Positions 48,905 through 63,934 are shown, counted from the first letter of the stretch. The stretch is 64,000 bases of DNA from Blasia pusilla (GCA_050084515.1 CM114271.1:6882001-6946000); one strand, 5' to 3'. A program made the numbers and translations. The notes: generated by a model from the letters alone, not told the origin.

Positions 48905-51900
48905 TCAATTAAGACTACCTCTGCAGTTGACAGAACCACAAAAACAAGGTATCTTATCACCTTCCTGCTCGAAATTGAACTGGTAATCATAAGTGATTTC
49001 CTCACCAGCATATATATCTCGTTGTGCAAAGAAAACAACCTGATTTTCACCACAAACGACAACAATAAGTTTTAGAAAAAGGAAGTATCATCTCCCAAGG
49101 ACATGATATTGTCATAATTACAACAAACGGGATGTTTACTGAATTAGTATGAAGAGAGATAAAGACATAAGGAGGTGAATAACAAACCTTATTTTGATTC
49201 TTCACACAGATAACCTTTGCCACACAGTTTGGCTATACAGCACGCAAAAAGTGATGTCAGATTGATGATGACAGTGATTTCAATGTCAGGCTACAATAAT
49301 CCGCAATAGACATATCTAGATTCAGATGACTCCCATAACTGACAAGCAGCAAAATAGGAATAAAGATATGCAGCCTTACTGAACAAGAGTGATTCACAAA
49401 TCTGGCAATGCCGCCTTTGCGTGTGGCATCAATGATCCTCTCCTTGTCAATCCTGAAAAGGTAGCATGCACCCTGATATTGCATACGCTTCCCGGAATGG
49501 TAATCTGCCTCTCGTTTGTCGGCAACTCGAAGTCCCACTATCTCTCCAATGTACTCCACCACCTATAAAAGAATTACGCTTTCCATGTGAAGCAGACACT
49601 ACTGTTGAACAGGTGGAAGGTACTACCTTTTCAATGGAAAAGGTAGTACCAACAACATTTTCTTAATTCACATTCATCATCTGAAAGATGGTCCATTCTT
49701 CATAAGAACTACCTCATGTCCTGCGCACAACCTTGGTGAAACAATGTTGCTGGTCATCTACAAAATACTCTAAGAGAAAATTAAACTGTGAGTGATTCTC
49801 ACCATCTCATCTTTGCAAATAAACTCGGCAGTGTAGAGGCCAAGGGCATGGATGCCAGACTTATACACAGAGAGTCTCCTCCAACCTTGCTCTTGCTTAA
49901 AACGTAGATACTCCTGAAATCACCAAGTGAAGAAAATTAGCTTGACAGCCCAGATATGATACAAAATACATACAGTTGGATTATCTCTTATCCATTGTGG
50001 AGAGAATGAGTTGCTGAAGTACAACAATGCTGAGATGAAGTTACAACGACCAAATCTCTCAGCTTGGCAAAACCTATTACACAATTAACCAGGCAATAGA
50101 ATTTTCATAGGCCCTAAATTTTCCAACCTACTGGCGCGCTCAGAATTGAATCCTCGTCCCCAACATCAAAATTGATAGGATGAAAAAAATAGCACATGCA
50201 TCACTAGCCAAGACTACATGCCAAATACATGGTAAAAAACTGACCCTATGATCAGTTTTTAGATCTGAGTTTGCAGGTTTGATAAAACGTCGAGCCTTCC
50301 ATGTTTTCCGCTCATTGATTCTCAACCATGCAGCAACCTGCTCAGGTGAAACTGCAGTTGAGCCATCTGTTGTAGCTTGCCGTCTGTATATGGCCCTTTG
50401 TTCAAGAGTTAGCTTTCCCTTGTAACCCTGTATCACCAACAATGCCAATTGAAATCACATCAATAACATCCAAGCACACTGAGCTTTAGTAACGTAAACC
50501 TCACAGGTGATCAAGGGGCAATTAAGTGAAGAAAACTTGCCTCAGTGCGAGCGCAAGTGCTTGTCTCTACACGAGACTCAGAAACGTCAGGTACAACAAC
50601 AGTGGAGTTCCATGCCTCTGAAGGTCGACTTTCCCCATGGTCCACACACTTTCCAAAGAAACCCACTTGATCACTTTCATCATCCACAATCTCACTCTGT
50701 AACAAACCCTGTTGAGATAGCATTTTTTGTGAGTGCTTGATTTTCTTAAACCCATCTCTGAGGACCAAAATAACAAGAAAATGTGCCCTGAACATACGAA
50801 ACATCTCTCTCTCAATTTTAGCAGCGGACCCGAGATCCTCACAATCTCAGTCCCACAGTGCCTTCATAATAGTGACCGACACATGAACAAGCTGAATGAC
50901 AACTTTACAGGGAGAGGAAATGAAATCAGAAAATAAAATTGTAAAGAAACCTAATAGAGAAAAGCATGAGTGTCTAGTAGAACCTAAACTGCAAAGTCTA
51001 TCAATTTCTTTACCTTTTCATGCGCGCACCAAGCATGGAATGGTACAGAACACTTGGAAACTCGGCACTGAATGCATGAGCCACCCTTCCGCTTGCAAAT
51101 AGAACATATCTGACAACCCCAATGCTAGTTCAGTGAGAAACTTGAAACAGGCTAGCCTGTCTTTTCTTTGCGTGTCCCATCTACATATACACTCTTTGGC
51201 CCCAGAATAACCAAACCAGAAAAGTATCATTCAGATTGTGCTAAGAGTTGACAATGAGTAATGAATGATTCCCACAAGAGAAAGAACTCAACTACACATA
51301 TCTTGCTGCAGTGAATATCAAGTAGAAAGCAAATTGACTTTCAGACTAGTAGAAGCTAGAATCTTAACACCATGAACTCAGACCCTAAAAAATCTTCAGG
51401 CATGCCTGGAGGGAACACAGAAAGATGCGGTATAACATTATCTAAGAAGCTGAAATCTCTCTGTTAACCCTCGTGATATCAAAACATGCATGAGGATTCT
51501 CAACTCACCAATTTCTTACGTGCTTGTGCAACTCCAGATACATCAAAGACACCCATTGTTCCAAAATTTAGACATCTTGTTCCTGGCATCCACAGAGCAC
51601 ACACCATATGTACCCACTGGGTAGCTGTTGCATCCACCATACCTGTTGTTACAGTATTTCTAGCCATCCATTTCCCTTCCAGCAGAATATTACCGGACTT
51701 TTCATCCCGTCCAGAATGAGTGGCCACAGATGACTTAAGCTCTACATTGATAGTTGCAGACTCTTCTTGGCTTGCTTTTGACCTGCACTTGAAATTTGCT
51801 TCATGCTTTTCTACCAAAGTTTCCTGATAAGAAGCATGGAGATTGGAATCCTGATTAGGGCACTCCACTGGCCCAGAAGGGAAAATGCCTCTCTTCTCCT

Positions 51901-54900
51901 TATGTGCACTGGCAACCTCTTGCCACGCTTTCACTAAACCCTTCATCAACCCTTTGGCTTTCTGCGCTCGAGTTTTAGCTCCACCTCCATATCCACAGAG
52001 TACACAAATCTGTGGTCAAATTATCAACCCGAAGTCAGCAATCTTGTGCATTAGGGGTCCAATCGATCAAATTTAGGGCATACAATCCATAACTTACAGG
52101 AGTGAACGCAGAAGCCTTGCAAGTTCGACAAAGCCAGGAACTGTTTGGTATCTTCTTCACACCATAACATGCTTGGTGCACCTACATGATCAACATAAAA
52201 CCACGATAAATAGTAAGTAATCAATAAAAAGAGCCATTGAACTCCACATACTACTTACTTTCATCCACACAATGCCAGATAGACTCTCACACTGCTGCTC
52301 TCATTACCCTTCCAAGTTCAAACGATCCAGCAGTATGGTAAACCCTCCAGATTTAACACTATAAACACACACAAACTGAAGGCTTCTGCAATTTACCTTT
52401 ACTGGACAACGGCTACAGGAAACAAGCTGGTTGAAGAACTCAGATAAGGAACTCCCACATACACAGCACTCGATTACTTCTCCAGGAACTTGATCAAAAG
52501 ATGAGGGTCTTTCGCATCTCCTCTTTCTTCCAGCACTCTTGAGGTCATCTTCAGTGGTTTGGCACTTACTCTTTCTCTCCTTCTCTTCATTCTTCTTGAT
52601 AGCCACTACATAACTGAAAATAGTAGTAGGTCACTGTTAATCTCACCACAGATTCATGAATTAGTAGTAAAGTGATTGTAAAATGTATTCAACAGCTTCC
52701 TCTTCCACTCCGTCCTACAACCCTGTGCATTACCTTACTTGCATGGTAGAGAGATGACTGACAGTTTTAGTAAAGAGATGACCTGGTAGCTGGAGCAGGG
52801 GGCGGAGTTGTAGTGACAACAGGCGCCTTCACTTTGAGGACACCTGATATACGCCCAGGGGGTCTGTTACTGTCAAGAATCTTCTGTTTCTTTGAGGTAC
52901 TGTCAATCATCTGCAGTTCCTCCACATCCCTCTTCTTAGAGAGGATTCTTGGTTCCTCCATAATTTCAGCATCAATCCCTTCCTTTGCCACTAACACCCT
53001 GGATTCAGGCCCACTCACTGGGAGAGTACCATCACTTCTCACAGAAATGGTAGTATTCTTCGTGGAGATTTTAATGCGAGTGATCAGTGATCGTGACTTC
53101 ACTCCGGTCTGCCTCTCAATTTCTTTACTGCTAAGAGGCTTGGTCTCATTGCTATCAAAACTACTCTTACCAACAACAATTTCAACTTGTTCACCCGCCA
53201 GTCTTCCACCGACTAGTCCCTCTCTACCACTCTGCCAAAAGACATTCTTACTTGCAATTTTTCCCCTTGGTGATCTCTCTCCTCTAGGAACTATACACTT
53301 ACTCTCACTAACATGAACTGGAACAGGGAAAGTTTCCTCTGACTGCATGGAAATTCTTCCAGATGAATCCTGTTTGAAGACTCCTGAAGAGTCCATCATC
53401 TCATCATGAAACTCAAAAACTCCAGCACCAGGTCCACATAGCTTCTTCCCAGCAGTCAATTCATGGAGACTTCTAATTTTGCGTGTTTCTTGTTTGTGTG
53501 ATTTGAAGCCTGGATCCCTCAAGGCATTCACGGCAACATGAACTTCATGACTCTGCTTATCTTGTGCCATTAAAACCACAGGACCTGAATGTGGCTTTCT
53601 CCACGCTTTGCCTTCCATGTTTGCCTTAGTCGACAATTTTGAAGAGTTCCCAAGACCTTGAGTTCTCAACTTATCTTGAGCTGAAGTTTGCACACCATCG
53701 GTGGAACTTTTGGAAGAAGCTTTTCTGAAAACAGGCTCTAGAGACGCATCTTTCAGAGCTGATAGCTTCGAGCTGTCCTTGAGATTTGTCCCCTGCACTC
53801 CATTCTTGAGACACGCCTGTTTTGAACAATCTTTGGATGGTGCTACCTTTGAGAGATGCTTCTTTGGTATTGCTTTCGACCCTTTCTTGTGGACTAGTGC
53901 TTTTCTGCCATCCTTGCAAGGAGGGGTATTCATAGTATCCTTGGACACAGATACTTTTGGGACCTCCAAGGCCCCAGACATCCTATCTACATCTCTAGAA
54001 GGAACAAGCTCCTTTAGAAGCTGGACTTTTGAACTGTCTTTTGAAGGAGACGAATCCAGGGGAACTGATGTTTGGGACGCATCTTTAGGAATTGCGCATG
54101 TTCTCAATGTGTCTTTGAGAGCAGAAACACCAAAACTATCCTTGGATGACAGCGTTTTTGAAATTTCCTCTGACCCTGATACTTGGAAAGATGCTTTCCA
54201 AACAGTCTTAGAACTTCCCGGAATTACAGTTTCTGACTTCTTCATAATCTCATTCAAAGACGACGTGCGTTTTGAATGTCGAGGACTAGGGCGACCAAGG
54301 ACAACACGACCAATCTTTACAGGTTTCAGAGTGAGTGATGAAAAATGCTGTGGCGGAGATAAGGTGGACACCCCTGCAGATTCAGGAGCAAAGCTACCGG
54401 TTACTCCTGAACCTTTTATGCTCGAGTTATCAACTGTTGAAGCCTCCACAGTTACAATTTCTGGACCTGTTACTCTGTTATTTGAAGATTCACTTCCTTT
54501 CCCAGCTAAGCTTTTTGCCTTGTCAAGCTTTGCACATCCACTTCGCCTGGCTTTCTTCCTATTCATACCTTGAGGCACTCGGATGACTAGAGTCTCAGGT
54601 TTCTTCTTTAGAAGATTTTCAGCGCAAGTCAAGTCATTCCTGTTCATGACATCACTTACCTTTCCTTGTTCTGCATGCACAGTCCCACGACTACCATGGG
54701 TCACTACAAGTTTCCTCGCCTTTATGCCAACTGCCTTCGAAGATGGAGAAGCAGTGACTTCAACCACTACATTCTTACTTCCTAGGCATTTCAAACTTTC
54801 GGGACTGGGCCCAAGCTGTGGTGTGGCATCAACTCCTTCCACTGCATCTCCTGAGGCCTCCTGTCTCATTGTCTCAACTGTAACACTTGCTGCATCTAGA

Positions 54901-57900
54901 CGCTTCCGCTTCAATGTTCTCCTCCTTTTCTTTTCAACCTTCCCTGCCTCAAGAAAACTATCTTCCTCCATGCGGCGCACAGATAGATCTTTCAAGCTCT
55001 GGCCCCCTCTACACCTGGTTCCTACTACAACTGCAGGCTCATCGTCAGCATTGCTGAAGGAAGGGCCGCCTTGTGAAGAAGGTGACTCCACTTTCTGCAT
55101 CTCGGTCTCTTTTGAAGATGTTGCATTTGGAGCTAATCCCATGTCAATTCCATCTGAAGAGCAGCACTTGCCTATCCCAGAGCCCTCATCAACTACCTCA
55201 CTTCCAACGGGATTCTTGTCAACAGATTGAGCATGCGAGACATCCTCCTCGGCAGCCACACCTACAGAAAACCCACTCATTGCATTCCCAGAGCTCTTTG
55301 AGCATACATCCGAGAGAGGCTGCTGCTCATTTGGCACTCCAGACCCAACACCTGTTAAACTCTCATTCCCCTTGGCTGCTGTGTCAGCCAGCAAGTCTTC
55401 TTCCAGACAAGCCCGAGGAGGTAGCAGATCATCAGGTGGACCATCCACCAGAGCTTCATTTCCAGGAACAAAAAGAGGCCCCATGTCCTTCCAATGGAAC
55501 CCCTCGGTAGACTCTCTCAACCCAGATTTTGTACCAACTTTCTCAGCATGACTAAAGCTCTTCTCAGCAGTTGAGTCAGTCTCCTGAACTGAAGGAAGTC
55601 CATGAGAGTTTCCTCCAATCCCAACAACCCTAGAGCTATCGTTGAGATGTTCTTCCATAGTGGTTCCTCCACATGCACAACCTTGAGAAGTAAGGGCTTG
55701 AAATGATCTTAATCGACGCACCCTCGGAGAATTACAATCAAGACTTCCAGGTACTTGACTAGCATCCCTACTGATCCGCAGTCTGAAGCCTTCCATGTGG
55801 GTCACATCATCCACCTCCTTGAGCAGAAATCACTTTGTTCTCCATGTCTGCAGGTTATGGGATTCACTGCTTTGTAAAAGAGTGTAAAATTTAATAACTG
55901 TGAACAATAAATGCAAATGTTTGGATATGAACCGCTCAGACAGTATCATGAATGTGCACGATACCGTAAACAAAAAGCTTCTGATCATTCCCTTATTAGC
56001 AATGCCTTCTCAGACATCGAGGACATAAACAGGCAAACCTTTCTTTCTTAAAAAGTGTCTGTCAACAAACATCATCAGTTGAGGACGCGGCTAAGAACTC
56101 ACTTGGAGGACGCTCTGCCTTTGGCCTTGAAAGAAGCGAATTTGTCAAAATTGGAGCTTGCGCATTGTCCCCCTTCCCTAGTATTCTTGGCTGCCTCTAT
56201 GTCATCATACAGCAATTGCTCTTTGTCCTCCCCACAATCATCTGTTAGATACCAAACGCGTCAGATGGAAGCAAAATTCATAAATTGGGAGATGACTGTA
56301 CCTACACCAGCAGGAGCAAAGCATCAAGACAAGGAGAACTTGATATCATCAGCCTCCTAGACAGCACGTATTCGTAGCCCAACATCCACCACTACCTTAC
56401 TTTCAAATGTACATCTGCCTGAATGGTGTCATATAAAACATGAGGCAGAACTGCTTCAAGAGTATGAGCCTCCATCAAGACGAGTTTACGCAGTCTCTAC
56501 TATACAGCTGATGGGCCTGATCAGATACCAGGTTTAGTCACAAGCGACAAGAGGCAGACAAAACCCACTATGCTAGAAAGCTTCCCCAAATCCTTGTTGA
56601 TTGTTGAAATAGGAACTTGATGTTCATAATGAAACATATGTCAGTATCATTGATAACACTGGGGACTGAAGAAATTGTCCAATTCACAAAAAGTCTGCAT
56701 TCCTATGTAAGTATCAGAAAATAATGTACAATTAGCAGCATCCTGCCTTCACCTTAATCATGCAATACCTCATAAGTTCAGACACTCTCTGCCAAATTGC
56801 TATTGGCTGAGCTCATCACTCCAAGCAGATTTTCACCAGTTTCCGAAATTGAATATTTATACTACCTTTGGATGTGCTGAGAAAGTTACAAACTATTCAG
56901 GAAGAAAAAAGCATAAGATTTACCTTTACAACGTAGAGAACTATCACCTTGACTCTGGTTCAAGTTATCACCACCACATGCTTTGCCCCTTCTTGACAGT
57001 TCCATAACAGCTGTTGGCTCACTCGACTGCAAATGTGGATTCCGAATTTTTGTTGTCCAATCCTGACCCACAAAAGCCTCCAGATCTTGGCCTCCCTGAG
57101 AAGCGGACCGCTTATCACCACTACCCATTTGCCGCTGCACATCATTCTCCCAATGCTTGGCTGCATTTTCAGAGGTAAAAAACAATCCGTCTCCAGGTTT
57201 GTAACTTCTCCCTCCAGTCCCAGAGCTTGACCACCTCTTCAGCTCTTCTGCTAGAAGGGGACTTGCCCCTTGGCTAAAGGTTTTCTCTCTGTCTCTCCAA
57301 TCCTCTGTGAACCTACAACGGGAAACATCATCCATCTTCTGAAAAGATAAATGATCTACAACCATGGGTGCATTTCCTTCCATCCCTACAACCAACAAGG
57401 TCCATTTGGACCATTCTCATGAGAACAATAACTTCAAAAATTCAAGCAAACTGCGAAATCCATCTCATGAAAAAGAGCTTCTCATGATAGACTTAAGCAA
57501 ACTAACTTGTCTACATTCCACTTCCCAGTATATACATTGACACAGTAGGTACGAGGATCCTAACTTCCCACAGTGGCCATGGCTGGAGCTCATCTATCTC
57601 TCCTACACATTTACCATACTCCTGAATAACCCATTTGTTCCTATTAACAGAAGAGAGCGTCTTTGTTTGTGGGAGCCTCTTTTCTCGACATATGGCAGTG
57701 GGGCAGCAAGAAAATGTTTCTATAACACGGGCAGTTAGAAAACATTTTTACTGGCACCATAGCTCTGTGCATTGCACAGCCTCTACACTAGTAATATTTA
57801 AGAATATTCATTCCACACCATCCCCAGGTTCAGAAAAGGCTGAAAAAAGGAGGATTTCAAAGATCAAACACAAGGGACTCCAAGGAATCACCTCTGTTGT

Positions 57901-60900
57901 TGTCAACCCTTACAGTCCCAGGGCGAGTGGAATCCACATAGCTTGCCCTCGCAAAGTCCTGCTGTTGCTGCTGCTGATTCAAATGACCATCATTTGCAGA
58001 TCCTTGGTGGCTAGAAAATGTGTGAAGTCCATGACCACTAGAACTTTGCATTTCTGATTGCCTCTTGCCGTCCAACACTGAACAAGGCACCAAAATTGCA
58101 AGCATTGAAAACATATCTCAAGTCTTGACACCTTTCCTCTAATAGGCCTGCACTTATATTTCCAATTCCACCTATGACTACAAATCCTTGCATTGGGAAG
58201 ATCCAAATGTTTGAGTGAAATATGAGTTCTAGTGGTTCATCATCAAACACTGACAACTGTCACCAACTCCACCCAATCCTTCGCACAGACAATTTATAAT
58301 TTCAATTCCTGGCCATATCTCTTTTGATAAACTTACCTCGCTGCATGATCTTCTCAAAAATCTGTCGGTCTAATGCAGAATCCGGAAGCTGAGTTCCTAA
58401 GGCAGAAGCGAAAGATGCACCAACTGGTTGAGGTTGTTGAGAGGGTTGTCCCAGTCTCAGCTCAAAGTTCGACAACGAGTTGTCTTTCTCATGTTGAAGT
58501 GATTCCCTTCCATCATTCCAGGATGAGTCCAGTCCTCTTAACAAGCTCTTACTACTTCCTGCAACCTGCCGCTCCACTGCTACTTGCCTCTCAACAGCTA
58601 CCTGCTGCTCTACTGTAGACAAATATTGTTGTGTTCCATGACTAATGAAATTGAAGAATTCACCAGAAGGAGTAGCACTCAACTGTGAGGAATTTCTGAA
58701 AGACTGCATCTTGGCTAATCCTTGACTTCTACTCAAATTGTCTTGCACATTCCCTGGTGTGGGACCAGATCCAAACTTCATGGCATTGCCCCTGAAGACC
58801 CTTCCTAAGCTGTTCAACAAAGCTTCTCTTGAATCTTGTAGGGCGCCCTGCCCCAAATTGGGTGACGATCCCATGCTTTGAGCAGAGTGCATACTTGCTG
58901 CATTACCAGGGGCTACAGAAGCATCCCAGACTTGTGTGAGCCTGCTTTTAAGTACATGCTCACCGCCATAAGATACATCAACCTCCTTTTGCCAGCTCTG
59001 AGTAACAACTGCTTTGTACTTTGGCTGACCTGGTTCACTCCCTTCTCCTTCATTCCAATCCCAGCCCATACTGTCGTCTGGAACTTTCACCTACCACAAT
59101 TATAACATGATACAGAAAGAAATGAAGTTTAAGGCAACAGGATCTTTTAAAGATTAGACCATTAACCTCTTCATAAAGGTAGACATTACAAAACACACCA
59201 GCAGCGGACCATGGTAATATAGAATTCAACAACCTGACTTATTTACATCAGCCATCCATCCACTGAGAAACAGGAACCAAAGCTGCAATCACCCTTGCCT
59301 GGACAAAAGGAGTACTGCTCCAGGAAATAAAATGTATGAGACAGTTGTGAGGCACTAATCATGGGGATTTTCAACCAAACAGATCAGTTTTTTACACTTA
59401 AATTACGAAAGGGATAGCCTTAACCATCATTCATCCACCGACCATCAATTATGTCTCCACAGTGAACAATCTTCTAGAAGTGACAAATTGATATGAACCA
59501 CCCTGACGTACATTGACATATGCATAGCTACACATGCAAATCAATTTCCATGTTCGACCACTCCATTGACAATTCCAAGAAACCAACATTACATGATTAT
59601 GATCATCGAAAGAGCATCGTGAGAGATCTTTGGAGCAATCAAACATGGAAGTCTGTTGACAAGACAGGTATATTACTCCAAAGGTACAGCACCTTCACGT
59701 CCACATGACAAGATGCTGAGCAGATAGATTTGTGCTCTTAGATGTATGGGGCATTGCAAGCTTAGCACATCCAACTTCAGGCCAGTACAGCAAACTACTA
59801 TGCTTGCATGAAGAGTCCACAGAGTTTTGCAGTATTTGGGAGAATTAGTGCTATGAGTTGAGGGAACTAACCCCAAATCGTGAAAAGAAAGTCTTTCTCC
59901 ATTCCACCAGAGACTCCCCACCATCCATCACAATTGCATTTCCAGGATTTGGAGAGTATACACCAGCATGCTGAAAAAGAGAACTAAAGTTAGTCATGGG
60001 ACTCCAAATCTACTAACTTCTATGAAACACAATGGTCTATCCAACTTTGAAATCTCGAACTGCAGAACAGAGAATCTAATAAAACCAGAACCTATATGGA
60101 CCGGCTGTCTATCAGTAACAACAGTGGTACAATGACAGGCTTGAGAAGAAGCAAATATGGAAAAAATTGCTTTCTAGGGTGCGCTAAGGATGGGTGAATG
60201 GTATGTCAGAACAATGTCGCACAGCAAGCTTTCAAGGGGTAAACTCCTCCACCTGGGTAAATTTGGAAACAGACATGTGGAAACCGTGGCAGGAACAAAG
60301 CACCCCAAGGCGACCTGAATCAGTCAGACAGAGCTCTCCTTCTGCACTGCCAAGCATGTTCATCCCATTAAATGTAGATACTCGAAATCAAGAATTCAAC
60401 TTTCACTCCTTCACCTGTAAGATCGACTACTGGTTCCGAAAAGGAAATTTGCGAACATTTTCAGCCACTAGAGCAGGCATGCCTGTCCTTTGGAAAGTAA
60501 ATCCTTCAACTTAAGTTAAATTCAGCATCAGTTACAGATAACTACTCTTCTTTGTGTGGATGATATGCAAGTACTTCATAGTTTCCACTTCTTGCCAGCA
60601 TGTAAAATAATCTATAACTAATCTGAGAAACATCACTGTCCCTTCAATTCGAGACAAGAGTTTCAGGTGTGATACTACACAATTGTCCTGTCCCCCAAGG
60701 GTTCCAAAAAGCAAAATCCTGTTCTACATCTGTGGACTTCATGATACTCTTACAACAACCATAAGAGCTTCAAAGTTGGAATCAGGGCAAACTCACCCAC
60801 TGTCCGACTCGTCTCATAGTTTGGACAATATACCCTTGCTCCTCTTGTTGAAGATGTTGAGAAGGACGACACATTACCAGTACCAGTCCCATCATCACGA

Positions 60901-61577
60901 GATGTCTCTGCATTCCGCGAATAACTTCCTTCTGGAGAAAACAAAGGCGGACTCTGCGTATTGTGAAATCTTTGCCGTCTGTTCACTATCTCCGTCAACC
61001 ACTGGGGAAAAGGACCCTGCCCACTTGTATCAGATGAATTTTCGTTCGCAATATTTTGCTTCAGCAATTCAACCCCTGAAGTTCTCGCTACACTTGATTC
61101 AGGCCAATCCTGGACTCCCGCCACTCTTGAGTACTGTGCCAAGTTAACTTCCCGCCCTAGCATTGACAAATTTACCTCCCGCCCTAGCATGGACATATTC
61201 AACGAGGTGTCTGATGCAGGAATAATCCCAGTAGTGCCACGGTTACTGGTAGATAAACTTGAATTATGTCCAGGCCAATTTCCTGCACCAGCGGAAGTTA
61301 CTGAGCTCATTTGATAAGGCTGAGTGTTCATTGACACAAAAGGAGGGCGGGCATTTACAGATGGATAATTTGAGCGAAGCTGATGCTGAGAACCAGGTAC
61401 AAGTGCCAGTAGTGAATTGTTCACATCACCCCTTGTTGATTTCATATTTGAGCCCTGCAGGCCGAAATTCACCAAGTTTGCACTAAGGGGCTCTTGTCTG
61501 ATCGTCCGTTCGATGACACATACTTCTTGTTGGACATATGGGTGACCATATTGACCAGAGCCCATCTCAAACTGCAT
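48905..61577 (-). CDS. Trithorax/ATX-related SET-domain histone-lysine methyltransferase with PHD and extended PHD fingers; start codon not determined
   Basis: [33 protein letters not shown]. ePHD: CVLC...WVHMVCALW...[77 protein letters not shown]. Post-[16 protein letters not shown] (stop 48907-48905). N-terminal [15 protein letters not shown] motif; ~3-kb low-complexity exon at ~52780-55820. Confidence 0.92.
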
Positions 61578-62830
61578 ACAGGCAAAACAATTATTCAGTG
61601 ATAGAGTGTGACTTTAAACAAACTGCAAAAATCAAAACGTGTTGTCTACAGCACTTCTGCAGCTGAACTACCACTAGAGATAAGTTTCATTGCAGGCTCT
61701 GCAAAGAGATCATTGGCTGAACTCCAAATTCTTCAGTATCCAGAAATTTATGAGAACATACATGAGACTCATGGATTCCTTAAAAAATCTACGAGTTTGT
61801 TTAATCAATAGATCTTTTAAAGCAAAGAAGCGCTCACTAAAGGCACCAACTTTATAAACTTCTGCTCACAGCACAGAACTAAGAAGATCAGGGTGGTATT
61901 TAAAATATGACTTCTATCTCACTCAGCCCAGTCACTAATGGCGGCGTCCACCACCACATGCAACATCAGGTTACTTCATTCTGCATGAAGGGTGTGATGC
62001 CTTTACATCCAAAGGAAAAAGTAGGTTTGCAACCTCTTGCAATCTCCACCTTCAAATTTGAGAATGTACCCTGAACCATACACTGTGATATGCGGCTTTC
62101 TGCAAGAACCAAACCTCTGAGTGTTTGAATTCCCATCCCTGAATCTCCTTACTGAGGACTGAAACTCACCACATGAGATCATTAAGAACGTTCTCTTGCC
62201 CTTTCCACGCCGACACCAAGCAGTACAATGACCTTAGACGGTCTATGCCTTCCCCATAATTTACAATAAAGGTCTGTCAATGAAGGCCCAGGCTGATTTC
62301 ATGCCGTGGGAGCTGGACAGATACGCAAGCACGAGAATGGAGTTTAAGTCACAGGACCCTCCAAGCTTTCCTGTAACTTACCAAGGGTTCATGTATTCTA
62401 ATGGGTGCGCAATCACAAAACGTAACTGCGAAAAAATCCATGTCAACAAACCCAACGAATTTAACGCTGTGACGCTGGGAGTTAACCAGTTATAGAGAAG
62501 CTAAACATCAGAATATCTTACCACGCTGTCGCAATCAAAAAACGTAGGGACAGTTTTGTTCGGCATAAAAGGGAAATTTCTGCCCGCATAGGAGGGACTT
62601 TCTATAGTTCATCAGAAAATTTAGGGCAACTCGTTGTGGCCATCTCGAAACATGACGAGAAATGGGTCCTCATCGATGTCTTGTTCCGCTTAGAAAGTCC
62701 GCAACCGGTATTCGTAAACCCCAGAATTCAATCTGGGGTTTCCCATCACAAGATACTCCTTGGAGAAGTTCATCATTACGTCTTCATAAACTGCTAAACT
62801 TGACGATTAGGACTATCGTCAAGTTTGAAC

Positions 62831-62834
<4 letters not shown>

Positions 62835-62883
<49 letters not shown>

Positions 62884-62940
62884 CCCTCTCCCTCTCCCTC
62901 TCCCTCTCCCTCTCCCTCTCCTCTCTCTCTCTCTCTCTCT
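62835..62940. repeat. Compound (CT)n/(CCCTCT)n microsatellite
   Basis: About 106 nt of pure pyrimidine on the + strand, likely in the 5' leader or first intron of the SET gene. Confidence 0.95.
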
Positions 62941-63901
62941 GAACCTGTATCATGCAGGAATCCTTGGACACCGTGCATATTTCGCAGACGATTTAAATGC
63001 GACGATGTAGGGAAGACATTTCGCTTCTTAATGTAGAAGGTATAAGATGATGAAATTGTCCCCGTCGTCGCATGTAGGAGGGACATGGGCACGCAATTCT
63101 CTAGAAATGGCCATGAACGATACCTGATTCAGAGGACTCGGCTGAGATGAATGCCTGTTCAAGCCCGAACAGTTCTTCAAATGCCACAACTCATCCATCG
63201 TCCCTAATCCACAGCGATCCCTCTAGCCAACAGACATTTTACTTTCTCAATTGCCTCCCAAACCCTGTCTCTACGACGAATCCCCAGTACCGTGCGCTCC
63301 ACTCACTCAACTCGAAGGGCCTCGCGAACCTTTGACCAAGGCGAGCCTGAGGATCTTCACCGCCTTGAGCCCGCCATCCGAAAGGCACCGCTCATCTCAC
63401 TCCGCTACTGATGCACGCGAAACCAACCACGAATTCCGCCGGCAACACCCTCCCTCCCCACAGAATCCTTCTGGGCTCATCCCCAGCACACCAAATCTAA
63501 AACCACAGCCTCCGATCTCTGCCGATGTAAACCCCCGTATCGCCCTACCAGCGCGGTGGACTCCGAGTACAAAAACGCTACCTACCAGCTGCAATTTCCC
63601 GCACCACCCTACTAAAATCCTACCCAGCTCCTCGTCGCTAGTTCACTCCCAACCCCCATCCGCATTCACCCCGGCCTCATCTTCCCGTGACCGACTCGAC
63701 GCATCCTATCTTCCGCTGTCAATCCTCCTCCTCCTACATCACACTCCATCCTCCTCCCGCTGCTGCTGCTCGTCGGTAGGCCATGCGCCCGGCATCACTC
63801 CGTCACTGACCTGCGAGCAGGTCATCAGTCCTCCCGCTCCCGTTCTCGCTCGTTCTCGACAAACCTTTCTCCACGGCAGCGATGGCTGACGACGATCATC
63901 A

Positions 63902-63934
63902 CCTCCTCCTCCTCCTCCTCCTCCTCCTCCTCCT
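63902..63934. repeat. (CCT)11 trinucleotide repeat
   Basis: 33 nt of uninterrupted CCT. Confidence 0.95.

Noticed and set aside
53701-55230. Long plus-strand ORFs (290 and 215 aa)
   Set aside because: Antisense shadows of the large SET-gene exon, with no recognisable motifs.
61141-61195. In-frame tandem duplications in the SET gene (SMLGREVNL x2; QVAVER repeats near 58560-58610)
   Set aside because: Ordinary slippage in disordered coding regions, with no sign of function.
63251-63889. 212-aa Pro/Ser-rich plus-strand ORF (and similar ORFs at 14-950 and 40571-41243)
   Set aside because: Non-ATG or motif-free ORFs expected in GC-rich leader/promoter DNA.
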